Part shown: positions 14,481 through 26,240 of the stretch, one piece after another
Layout of the letters: every line of letters starts with the position of its first letter
Position numbering within the stretch: position 1 is the stretch's first letter
Assembly: GCA_013239625.1 (NCBI GenBank)
Contig: MU054212.1
Location: 1,984,001 to 2,048,000 of the forward strand
Length of the DNA stretch: 64,000 nt
Reading direction: 5' to 3'
Origin: Lama guanicoe
Taxonomy: Eukaryota
Translations under genes and position numbers: made by a program
Notes under the pieces: generated by a model
Databases searched by the model: none
Told to the model about the DNA's origin: nothing
What the model saw: the letters and a program-made list of their open reading frames with translations, nothing else

Positions 14481-15319
14481 AAAAATAATTCGTTTCATAT
14501 GACTATGCCTAGAAATATCTGTTTCAAAAGAAACGATTTGATCCAGCACATGAGTCGTGAACCGTCGTCAAAAAGATGTTCTTCCAGCTGTCCACATCAG
14601 TTTGAAAAGACTGCATTTATTTAGATGAGAGAAAGGTGCAGATTTACTTGAGGAGGAGAGAAAAGAAAGCAGCTTCAAAGTTTGGGAGGCTGCCTGCCAC
14701 ACAGCTGCCTGGATTCGGGAGGATGGGCTCTGTATCATCTCCTCCGCTGTCCCCCTCCAGCTGACTGATGTTATCTGTGGGAGATGCAGGGGGGCCTCGG
14801 AGAGGGGTGTGAGTGCAGAGACAAGATAAGGAAAACGCAGTGACCCCAGACTGAAGGGAGATGGGTCTCCCCGGGGTTTTCATTTGGCTGGATCTCCAGA
14901 TAGGGGCAGGTAGGGAAGTGGAAAGAGCTATTAGAAACCAGGTGATACCGCATAAAGAAATTTTAATAAGATGAGCCATCCTCTGCTCAGCTTCAAGGAA
15001 TGATGAGTTACAAACTTCCACTGTAAATGAACTTGTTTTTCATACTCATAGTGAGGGCGGAAAAAAACAACCACGAAACAACTCTTCAACTAAGGGGGAA
15101 AAAAAAGTTCATTTGGAAACCCAAACGCAGAGAGTGAGGACTTGGGGAGAGTGCCTTTAAAACGAACATTGAGCACGTGGTGCTTAATGAATGTCGGGGC
15201 TTTTAAAAAATCCTGTTGTGAGAAAATATTTTCCTCACTACCCAGAAGACAAAGAAAAACAGTGAGTGTTGACAACATGGTATTAAAAAGCCACCCCTAC
15301 CCAATTTGTTATCTGCAAA

Positions 15320-15342
15320 TATACATATATATATATATATAT
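15320..15342. repeat. (TA)n microsatellite
   Basis: tatacatatatatatatatatat seen directly. Confidence 0.85.
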
Positions 15343-15752
15343 TCTTTTTAATGTACTCAGGGCCAGCATGTTGGCTCATGGCATCTTACTTTTGTGTCAT
15401 TATCTCTCTGCCATACACACAAGTCATAGCTGGGGATTTCAACTCGCGGTGAAGCTACGCTGAGAGTCCAGATCTCAGGTGGTGCTGGCATGAGTGCTGG
15501 TCTCTTCAGTCATAGAGAAGACAAGATCCTAGGGAGTCTGGAATTAGTCCTATTTTGCACCATTCAAGCCAAAATGCTGCTTATCAAGAAGCAAGTAATT
15601 GCTAGCTAATGGCTACGGGGGAAAAGAAAACACCACTGCATTTCCAACCAAAGCATCTCTCAGCACGTGACCATAAATAAAGCGGAGCAAAGTGTAAACA
15701 TAAAGTGGAGACAGATTCTCGAGGAGGTTAAATAGCAAACATTTAAAAGGCA

Positions 15753-15761
15753 AGTTACCTC
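15753..15761 (-). other. ZNF521: 5' splice donor of the ZNF521 large exon
   Basis: Minus strand GAG|GTAACT, placed where ZNF521 similarity ends (SQSDE). Confidence 0.92.
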
Positions 15762-18700
15762 ATCCGACTGGGAGGGGCTGATTCTGGGCATGGGCGATAC
15801 TTGGGGCGTTTTCAATTGCGTGCTGTTGCTGTCTGGCACCAGCTCTCGGTGGACCGTTTGGATGTGGTTCTGGAGTTCGCTTTCCGACTCAAACTTCACG
15901 TTGCAGCTGGAGCAGCGCGTCTTCAGCGCCCCGGCCTTGCCCTTCCCCTCCATGGCACTCAGACTCTCACTCTGGCCCAAGCCCGGTCTGTTCGTGCCGG
16001 GAGGGACGTTGGCGCCCGGGCTGCCGCTCTTACTGAGATTCACGCAGCCGGCACACAGACCATATGGCAGGCCGTTGATGTCAAGTTTCACCAGATCTTG
16101 CTTGGAACGGAATTCTTTGAGGCAAGATGCGCATTTGTACAGTTTGGGGATGTGCTGGCCACGCCCCGTGGTCTGGACCGCAGACCCGTTGCCCGTCTTT
16201 TGCATGTGGAACGTCCCGTGGATTTTGAGTTCTAAGGTGGAGGTCACGGTCTGCATGCAGACCACGCAGCGGAATCCCGTCAGGGAATTCCTCAAGTCGG
16301 GGTGCATCTGGCAGTGCTCCAGAAACTCCTCCTCGCTCTGGAGCGGCATCTTACAGATGCGGCAGTTCCCAGTGTCCAGGCTCTTACTGTGGGTGACTTT
16401 GTGTTCGGTGAGCGTCAAGAGGGAGGGGAAGCGCTCCCCGCAGATCGGGCACATGTAGTGTTTGACGGGGCCGAGGTGGGTCTGCATGTGCTCCCGGAGG
16501 CCGTTTTCGGAGAAGAAGGTTCGCGAGCACACGTTGCACTTGTAATTCCCTTTGATGAGCTCGGCTTTCTTCTTCACGATGGCGCTCTCCCCGGGCCGGA
16601 TGTTGTGGTCCCGCAGCTGGTGGTTCTGCAGCAGGGTCTCCATGGTGTAGGCCGCCCCGCAGATGTCGCACCCGTACATGGGCTCCGAGGTGTCCACATC
16701 CTCTTCGCTCCCGTCGTGGCTGTTGTGGGACTCCTGGCTGTTGGTCAGCAAGGTCTGCAGCTCCACCTCCTCCTTCTGCACTTGCTCCGAGGCTCCGTTG
16801 GCGCCACAGTTGGGCGTCTTGGTCTCAAACACGCAGTGCTTCTCCCGCAGGTGCTTCTCCAGCAGGATGATGGCGTGGAAGGCTTTGCTGCAGAACTTGC
16901 AGTTGTACTTTTTGCTGTGGGTGGTGATGTGGCACTGCAGCTCCACCTCGGTGCCGAAGGACTCGCCGCAGAAGATGCACTTGTGCACTTTGCCCTGGTT
17001 CTCCAGGTGGTTGTGCTTCACGTGCAGCTGCAAGTCCGTCTCGTTGCGGAAGTCCCAGTTGCAGGACGTGCAGCGGTACACTTTCTTCTCGTTGCTGTGC
17101 TTCACCGCCAGGTGGAGCTGGATGGAGACTTTCGAGTCGAAGACTTCCTGGCACAGGGTGCAGCGGAAGAAGACGAAGGTGTGCATGTCCAGCAGGTGTT
17201 TCTGAAGGTCGTCCACCGACGTGAACTGCTTATCACAACTCTCGCAGATGTAGTATGTGGAGGTGATCATAAAATGAATGGTGACATGCTTCAGCAAGGA
17301 TTCTTGGTTGGGGAACTCCTTGTTGCACTGAGGGCAGGTCAGTTTCGGAAGCACAGTGTCGAGATGAGTTTTCAGGTGAGTCTGAAAGCTGTCTAGGGAC
17401 GTGTACTTAGCACCACACTGATTACAGATATACTCTCCGGCCGGCCGTGCAGGTGCACCCCCCACCGCCTGCATCATCTTAAGAGATGTCTGCTCTATGG
17501 CCACAGGAGAGAGGGGGCTCAAGGCCCTGGATTTCTTCCCATTGTGAATATAATTCAGGGCCAAGGGAATGTTTTTATGATTCTCTTTGATGTGCTTGTT
17601 CAGTTTGAGAACGCTGTTGAATATTGGGGAATTCGTACAATAGGAACAAGAATAGACTTCTACTACTGGTTCTTTTGGAGTCCCGAGCACTGGAGACCCA
17701 AATCGGGAGCCACTGAGATCGCAGTGGACCTGCCTTATATGCTCTTCGAGGGAAGAGTCAGTGAGAAACCCCATGTAGCAGTGGGGACAAAAGAAAGCAT
17801 TGCTATCCTTAGCCGCAGGGTTCGCAAATCCGTGAGAACATCGGATGTGTTCCTGAAGGGTGTTGAGGTCGTTGACGACTTCGGAGCAGAAGTTGCACTG
17901 GTAGACTATGGCCGGCATGGCGGAAACAATCAGACCTGGGTCCTGAGCTTCGTGCACTTGCTTAAGATGTTCATTGAGGTTATAGAGGGAGGGTAGTACC
18001 TCCAAGCAATACTGACAAATGTGGGCCTGTTCTGGCTTATCTAAATGCATAGTTTTCAGGTGAATCTGTAGAACCGCCAGACTCGAAAACAGCTGCTTGT
18101 TGCAGTAGATACAGCTGTAGGTAACTTTTGCCTGTTTACTTGAGGGGACGGTCATGTCGGGGGTTTGCTGAGCAGCCCGCTTCCTCCCTCGACTCTTTGG
18201 GATTGGCGGGGCAGCTTCCACCATGGTCGAGCTGTCCACGGAGAGGTTGGAGTCTGGAGTCGTGCTGGACACGGAGGTGTAGCCCACCGTGACCAGGGAG
18301 GGGCTGTTGCTGTGGTTGCAGGACTCTGGCTGCTGGTGACTGTCCATGTGGCTATACAGTTCCTCCACGGTGTGGAAGCTCTCGGAACAGATGCTGCAAG
18401 AGTTCTTCTTCTCCCCTCCGTGAATCTGCTCCATGTGGTTCATCAGGGACGTCTCCTCGACAAAGAGCTCATGGCAGTAGACACACTGGAGGGCCGCTCG
18501 GTCCTCATTTGGGGAGCACTCTGGGTGGCACTCGGCAATGTGCTTCTGGAGGTCTTCTGGGAAGTCAAAGCCTTCCTCGCACTGACTGCACTTCTGAGTG
18601 TCCTTCATCTTCCAGTCCTCCAGCCTGGAACCGGACTGGGAGCCGTCCTTGCTCCTCTCGTGAACCTGCATGTGTCCGTGTAAGGAACTAGAGGACAGGA

Positions 18701-19111
18701 ACCCACGGCGACAAATGGCACATTTATATGGCTTGTTGGACGTGTGAGTCTTTAAGTGGATCTTCAGGTGATCACTTCTGGAGAACGCAGCATCGCACTC
18801 ACTGCAGTGGTACTTCTTGTCCCCGGTGTGGAGCTTGATGTGGCGATCTCGGCTCCGCTTGTGTTTGAACAGCCTACTGCAGTAGGTGCACTTGAAAGGC
18901 AGTTTGTCGCTGTGGCTCTGCTCATGGTGCTTTAGGTAGCTGAGACGGCTGAACGACTTGTCACAGAACTGGCATGGATACGGGAGCCCGGGGCCGCCTT
19001 CTTCCTCTCCAAAATCGCAACCTTCTCCATGGCTGGGGGAAGTCTGGTCCTTGCTGGAAGGTGAGGAAGCAGGCCAGGAGCAAGTGGGATCATCTTCCAC
19101 GTCCACTCCAT
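15759..19111 (-). CDS. ZNF521: Large internal coding exon of zinc finger protein 521 (exon 4 by recollection of the human gene); partial CDS, other exons lie outside the window
   Basis: ORF 15660..19127 encodes 25 CxxC..H..H fingers plus one degenerate finger (CASC...CAGC). Peptides [34 protein letters not shown] and [16 protein letters not shown] match ZNF521 rather than the paralogue ZNF423 (recalled). Minus-strand acceptor ttgcag|ATGGAG (AG at 19113-19112) and donor GATGAG|gtaact (GT at 15758-15757) give 3353 nt, phase 1 to phase 0. The ORF-track ends MLLVA and VTCLL...VTC are intronic. Confidence 0.97.
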
Positions 19112-19145
19112 CTGCAACGAGAAGCATTGGAACATGTCATTGTCC
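19112..19145 (-). other. ZNF521: 3' splice acceptor of the ZNF521 large exon
   Basis: Minus strand reads aatgacatgttccaatgcttctcgttgcag|ATG, with a short pyrimidine tract and a possible branch A in 'atgac'. An in-frame TGA at 19139-19137 shows the reading frame cannot extend upstream. Confidence 0.9.
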
Positions 19146-22100
19146 GTGTTGAGAGTTCAGGAATGAGCTTACTGTACCATGTCAACAAGTACCCAGGGCT
19201 GGACCAACTAGAACCTTTTAGAGTCAAAAAAAAAAAAGAGGAGAGAATATTGGAGTAGAACACTTTCAAATCTGACCCCAAAGCTTTTATTCTATGTTCA
19301 CTTTTCACTGGATTGTAAAATATAAAAAGATATTAAATAGTTCTATGTCTAAATTACCCTTTTATTACTTTTTATCATTCTTCCATAGAAGCAAGGTATA
19401 TATTACGCATTGACAATTTTATTAAAATGCAGATTTTAATATATTTAATGTTTCTTTTGTATTCATTCTAAAATGATTTGCATATTATGTGAGCATCTGA
19501 AGAACCAAATGAAAAGAGGAAATATTACAGGAATGATTTAAAATTAATGCAGTCAACCCAGATGTCTAATATTTAATAAAAAATTCCCTCTGCATTTTGC
19601 TTGTTTTTATATAAAAAGGCAATTCTGAAGACCAAAATCTTTTATGGAGTTCGTATTGATACAGGCCTTATTGCATTCAGCAAAAAAATATTAAAACGTA
19701 AGCACATGAAAGAAGAGAGAAAACACAATAATAATTATGTCCTGTGTAATAAAAGACAGCCAGGGTTTCTTCAATAACTGAAAGATTCGAATAGCACAGG
19801 CCAGAAATGGATTATTCAACGTTAGAAGGGTACTGGTAGATATTACATGTAGCTGGGATCAGCCGGGATCAAGAAAAAAAATGAGAGTTTCACAAGAGCC
19901 AGATTGTAAGAGTGTATTTTGTTTGGAAAGTTCAAGAGGTGGCCCACCATTTCTTCCTTTTGCAAAAGCTTCAGCAGCATGAACTTCCTTAGCCAAACAG
20001 GACCTGCACTTTGAGGTGAGCAGAGACAAAGCAACTTGTGAAAAACTGGAAACAGGAAAAGTGATAAATGATTATGGTAAATGCTGAAAGATTTATGAGT
20101 AACAAAGAGAAGACAAACAAGCCTCAAAGCCAGATATAACGTTAGCAAGTTACCCACGATGTAACTCTCCCCTCTGTTAGGTGTTTTTTAACCACATTCA
20201 TTGCAAGTGTACACTCTTACTTCTGTCCCTTTAACATCCAAGTGGAAAATGAGGCCTTCTCAAATAGGTTGTGAAACCTCTTTTTGGCTTTTCAAAATAA
20301 TCTCTCATTCAAGATCAGAAGACGTTATAAAAGCTTTTCACTCTCCAAAGGAGAAAGATTTTTCATAAATGCAGACAAGACCATGGACTGGAGCTCCAAC
20401 AGTGATTTTATGGGAAAAACAGGTCCTATTAGAATATTATTGGGGTATTTTAATAATATGCAATTAGAATATGATCAAATACCTTTTTAAATTCTTCACA
20501 GCTAAAGTTCACCAGCAAGCTATATTATAAAAGTGGAAACTGGCAAGCATTATGTAAACAAATTCCACGTCTGCTTTCTTTAAGGTAACAAGATTTTACT
20601 AGATTATCAACCTCTTGCTTATCCACAGGAAACAGATGAGGATCATTCCTTTCCTGCATCTAGAAACTGATGACAACACCATCTCACTATCAATGCCAGA
20701 TGGCAACCATCTAACTCTGAGAAAACAACCAAACACCATTCCTGGATCCCTGCCCACTGCAACAAAGCTTTGCAATACAAGTTGAAAACCGCATGATTTT
20801 GCATCCTCATTTATATAAATCCATAATCCAACGCGTTTCCAGGGTCTGATCATTGTGGGTGTGATATAAATTTAAAGGTGAATACATATAAAGAATATAT
20901 ACATATAAACTCAAATCATCACCCTTTATATAGAGACACAATTTTGAAAACAAAAAATGAAAACAACCCCAGTGATGATCTAGCTTTTCCCTTAAAAAAC
21001 TATAAGCCACCTAAAGCTGGTAGCCCTAAAACGAAGTTTTGAAATATTTCTTCTAAGTTAAAAAATTTACTATTTTATTAAATTTGCTCAGCATTCTAGG
21101 CAAAAAAGAAAAAATAATTACCACCTCTCACACATTATATCGTTTAGGCTTACATCCTGTTGTTTCACTTAAAAATATTTTCAAATGCATCATCTCATTT
21201 GTACAGTTGGGGAAAACAGTGAATCAGAATTTGTCATGCATCTAGACGGGAAGAATAGAACTATTGAGCCTGAAAATTTAGCAAGTGAATTTATTACCAA
21301 ATTGCAGATTGTGTCCAGGCATGATATATTATTATACGAATGCACCAAGAATTATAGAGCAACAGACCATTAGAAATAGTATGCAATCCCTGACACCATG
21401 CTTAAATCAGGTTCTTGTCTGTGGGCCATGCCTATTACATAACTGTTCTTCTAAGCTTGTAAATTTCAACTACACGTCAAGTGAGCTGAGGGTTCAGATC
21501 AAGCTTTTTACTGAAACCAAGATTCAAGAGAGCTAGAAACTTTCAGTTAAGTCTCTCTTCTGTCCCTGTTACTTGGTCTTGGGGGAAAAGAAAAGACGTG
21601 ATAATCACAGATGATGTGTCTTTGTAACTAAACATGGAAATTGCCTACAGGATGCATAAGACTTCAGCTGGAGGATGGAGGCACTGAGCAGAAGTAAAAA
21701 GTCTGAGCGGGGAATGCTACTTTTAGAAAAACAAAGGTTTCAAGAAAAGGTTGACTTCTGTTTTAAAATCTAAATTGTAAAACACTCATTCGCTAGTGCT
21801 ATAAATGAACCTATTCTCCCTGGGGCGCACAAGGAACTCACTGAAAAAACTCCCAGGGGTGTTGGTCCATGCTCTAAGGGTATCAGAATCTCCCAAGACT
21901 TTTGTGGTGGTGGTGTTGCTGCCAACGTGCCCTGAGGTCTACCTAAGTCTTTGAAAGCTACCCGTCCCCATTTCCTTCAGCTTTTTGGCAGTCGCAACAC
22001 AAACTATGCATAAATGGCTAATATAGACTTAAACAATTTCAAGTTCTCTTTTCCATACGGAAGAAACCATGGAGGATTCTTTCAACTCCTGTCACTGCAT

Positions 22101-23744
22101 CAGCTTGAACTTTTTTCCCCTCTGGCACTCACTCAGTGCTACTTACAGGAATGTCTTTCTGTGTTATGGCAAGTTTTCCGCATTTCAATGTGAAGCACTT
22201 AACGTGTCCATGTTAAATTTTAATTTTTGGAATCCGTCACTCCACACTAGCTGACTCTCGGAGAGCTGTAGCTCTTACAACGGGAAAGGAAAACAAAACA
22301 AAACAAAACAACTTTGCTGGAAACCGACTCTGTGGCCTGAAAGTCTATTTAAAGATGCAAATGCGTGTGCACAGTTAGCGCAGATGTTTTTCTACAGCAA
22401 CTGTACTTGCTGAGTTTCACCATTTCCATAAAGCACATTAAAACAAGTGTGTGAACACTCGGAGATGAAAGTCTCCAACACTCCTGAGACTTTCCGTGGA
22501 AAGTAGAGCCGCCTGACTTTTCTCCAGGCAGACAGGAATGCCCATGATTCAGCAGCCTGAGTAAATAAAAGAGGTCCTTATTTCCTAATTTTGCTGGCTG
22601 GCCACACTGCAGCAGCCTCTGTGCTCCTGCCAAAGGGGATGCGGAGCTGGAACTACACCCAGCCGCTGAAGGCCTGTCTTTGTTAGCCGGCCAGGCTTTC
22701 CCGACCATCTTCTGGCAACAAAACGGCCCTATCCTGCAAAGAAGACCTCCATCTCAGGCTGAATGGTTCTCTCGTCTGCCTGAGAGGACAGATTTTGCCG
22801 GGCCTGCGTTGGAGGAGGACAGCTGGAAACTCAGTTAGCGGCACGGCAACACCTGCTCGGTCACATTTATGGGGGCAAGTGCTCAGGAACAGAAAAGTGA
22901 AGGCAGACTAGAAGGAGGTATTCCACAGGGGGAGAAAAAAAAAGACACCGGAGTACAGAGTACCTCTTTAGACACCAGCACACAGAGTCCAGAGCCACTG
23001 CCCCTCAGGTACCAACCTGGGAGGAGAGAGCAAACACTGGGTGTGCCTGTATCCAGCAGGCTGGGGGATGGACAGGTGAAAAAACCCCAAGAAGTGCTGC
23101 TGGGTCGCCAAACGGGGGACTAATAATGTCCATTTACAGCCTGTCATTGCGGGAGAGAGATGCTGAGGGTCCCAGGCATCCTTTGGCTTTCAAATCTGAT
23201 GGAAGTAGCCAATAAAAAATAAGATCAAAGGAAGAGGAAGAGAAGATGTGCAGGAAGGTTTGGGGTGACGCTAATGCTCTTTCTGCACCTCTAAGCAGGT
23301 CTCAGTCTCAGTTAGGGTAGGGCACATGCTGCTGGAGGGCAGGGGCCAAGTCTTTTAGAATGCTGACTCCAACAATACAGGCAATCCTGAAATTATTAAG
23401 GAGAAAGTAAAGTATCAAAGTGATCAACCCACTGTAGACGTTAAAGAAGTGATCCGAATCTCTGAAGTTATGGACATTCCCAGTACTTCCAGCTCTTTGT
23501 AGGGCCGAGCCCACGCGCAGCTGGCTTGCTGAAGTCCTCTTGCTACCTGTGCTCATTCACTGTGACAGCACAGTACCCTCCACACGGCCCCTGGGGGCTC
23601 AGTATCATACGTGTGCAAGTACCACACAGCGAGATTTCCCTAACAGGGTCGGGATTTACATCACTGGTCACTTTCCAAGTGAGGAAAAGAAGAATGAACA
23701 CTGACAGGCCGGGTACCTCTGTTTTCGGTGGGCAGTGACTCAGA

Positions 23745-23905
23745 ATAACTCAAAGTCAAGAGTCTGGAATTTAATTTCCAGCTTCGTAACTGACTTAGAG
23801 TGACCTGGCCAAGTCATTTAATCTGCCCCTACCTAGGAATTTCACCTGCAATATGAAGATAGTAATTCTTGCTCCTTACCCTCTGGGGTGTTACAAAGAT
23901 CAGTG
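23745..23905 (+). mobile_element. MIR SINE
   Basis: gtgacctggccaagtcatttaatct...cacctgcaatatgaagatagtaat...ggggtgttacaaagat. Confidence 0.65.
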
Positions 23906-26004
23906 AATGTTTCTAGGGCACCGATCACCGCTGCAGGAAAAGCTGCACATGTAAACAACAAGATTTATGTGTGTTGCATGTATTCCCATTTCCACATGTA
24001 AGCATGTGCGTGTACAGTATAAACAGACTGTACCATTCTCTTTCCTTGAAGGCAACTACTGGAATGTCAGCTTTAAGGACTGGCCCAACTGAAATCTACA
24101 GTGCCTTAAGCATTCACAGTTGTGTATTCAGCTATCAAGAAAATAAAATATAAATAGTTGGTGATATCTAAAAATCAATGGACCACAAGTCCAAGCTAAC
24201 AATGTTCTGAGTATTAAACCATCATACATAAGATATAATCTTGGGTCTTTACAGACAGATAACCTTGGAACAAGTGTTTTGCTATGTAAGTCTGAAGCCA
24301 AGTATGTAATTTTCAAATTACCTCTCTTATCCTCGAAACACTAGCAACACAATCACTGCATTATTTAACATCAAAATAAGTTCATTTAGCAGATGATTCT
24401 TTTAAGTGTAGGACAATAGGGGAAAGCATAAGGCCAAAGCCAATTTCCAGGTTATTTCCTCCACTGGCTAAAAGTGATTATTTCTGCCAGCATGCTGTAG
24501 GAGCAGTTCTGAACTTTCATATTAAATAGAGATCCTAGTCATTTTTTCATTCATTAAGACACCTTAAGATAGTTAAACTGAGAACCTTGAGGGGAATACA
24601 CAGGTGTGCACAAAGGCTAAGAGAAGTCAGGCACTATCAAGAGAGAACAATACTTTGAAATATGTGTTTAACAGACACAGGTAACAAGGATATTTGCCAT
24701 GTTAACCCGGAGCCATCACAGTAACAACTTTACAACATCATATTTAAAATCGTCTAACCAAATTGCACAGTACATCTTTAAAGCAATGATTTAAATTGCT
24801 GAAGGATATGGTCATTCTAAATAAACTATTATGACACTATTACACAATTGTTTCCTTTCATTCTCAACAGAAATGTCAACAGTTTTAGAAAAGCAGCAAC
24901 TTTAATGACATAACTAGCATACTTCTTTTTAAAATCAACAGTCCCTCATAAATTCATTCCTTTGTCATATAACTCAGTTAACTACTGGAAAATGAATACT
25001 CTTTACTGGATGTTCAAAAGAGAAAAGTGAACTTTAAAATTATTTATAATTCACAGATGCTTTTAAATTCTGTAATATTACAAATTGTTCTGGAAGGACC
25101 AATTAAATGCATTAACAGTCAGGTTACGAGGGAAAGGGTGGTCACTCATTAATGACAGCAGCTGTTGGAGCAGCAATTGGCGGTGCACATTTCTGTTAAC
25201 AGTCAAGATGAATTCCAGATATCAGAGCTCAGAGGTTTTTATTATTTTTCTTTCAATACTCCCTAATAAAAAAAGAGGCTCACTTTCCCCAACAATCCTT
25301 TAATGCTCCGGATGAGCCACCATAAGAGACAGAAGTTGCTATCACCCTCCTCCATCCTCCTTAGGTAATCCTGCTCTTTATATCCCAAGCTGTCTCTTTC
25401 ACCAGACACATTTCTATTACGTGCGCAGAGAGAAGTACAAATGTTTTGCCTGCTGTTGCTTAAAGTTCATTTGAACAGACGGAGCTCAATGAATTCCATC
25501 TTCTGCCGCCAAATTAAACAGAAAACAGTGCATTCTTAAGCAGTTCACACTTAACTCCACCTCTCAAATCAGAGGAAAAAGCTGACGTGAAACCAGTTAA
25601 AGAACAAGTCATCGTCTCACTCACGGAAACCGAGATGGGTCTCTGAAGCCAGACAGAAGGGAAAGTGGTTTCCAATTATGCAGGGGGCGAGCACGGCTTT
25701 GCTGTTTCCATCGCTTGGCTCACTTAAAAATATATCTAACTAATGATAAGCACCAACCTCTTGGCGTTCAATAATTGGCAGTCGTGTGCTACACATCTGT
25801 TTACAGTGCTGTGACTGCGAGTGTTCTACATCATTTACCATATTTATCTTTCCTTTAATAATGACAGCCATCATCACGGTGAATTTCCCAAGTCTGTTTT
25901 CTTTTTATCTCAACTCTTTAGAGTTACAAGGCGTTTCCCTTACTTAGCAGTCTTGCATTCATACATGACCTTATACTACAAAGAATCTGAAGCACTTCTT
26001 CATT

Positions 26005-26240
26005 GCTTATTTTGTTTATTCATTTATTCAGCCAACGTTTATTAAGCACCTACTATGTGTTTAGGTCTGATAACTAGCTTATGAACTCTGCAAATTACTA
26101 TGTTTCTAAAAAGTTTTGGCTTCCTTGTCTATAATATCAGAAACATTCCAGCCTTCCCCATAGATAATATTGTAAGAATCAAACATGACATTGTATGAAA
26201 GAGCTTTTCTGAACTGCTACGATATAAGAAATTATTACTG
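26005..26240. mobile_element. L2 tail (minus strand) abutting a MIR fragment (plus strand)
   Basis: ttcatttattcagccaacgtttattaagcacctactatgtgt (L2), then ttccttgtctataat...tattgtaagaatcaaacatgac (MIR). Confidence 0.55.

Larger units (their letters stand above)
1..15758 (-). other. ZNF521: ZNF521 intron downstream of the large exon (partial)
   Basis: Follows the donor site and is repeat-rich. I did not find the next expected exon (recalled as KKTYQCIKCQMVF...) in this interval. Confidence 0.8.

Noticed and set aside
16302..17396. 364-aa plus-strand ORF and overlapping ORFs (15790-16458, 16663-17205, 18165-18683) antisense to the exon
   Set aside because: Shadow ORFs produced by the GC-rich codon usage of ZNF521. 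They have no recognisable domain, promoter or splice support.
15660..19127. Reading the 1155-aa ORF as a complete intronless gene or retrocopy
   Set aside because: Both ends run into intron past canonical splice sites, the N-terminal MSRRKQ motif and C-terminal fingers are missing, and there is no poly(A) tail or TSD.
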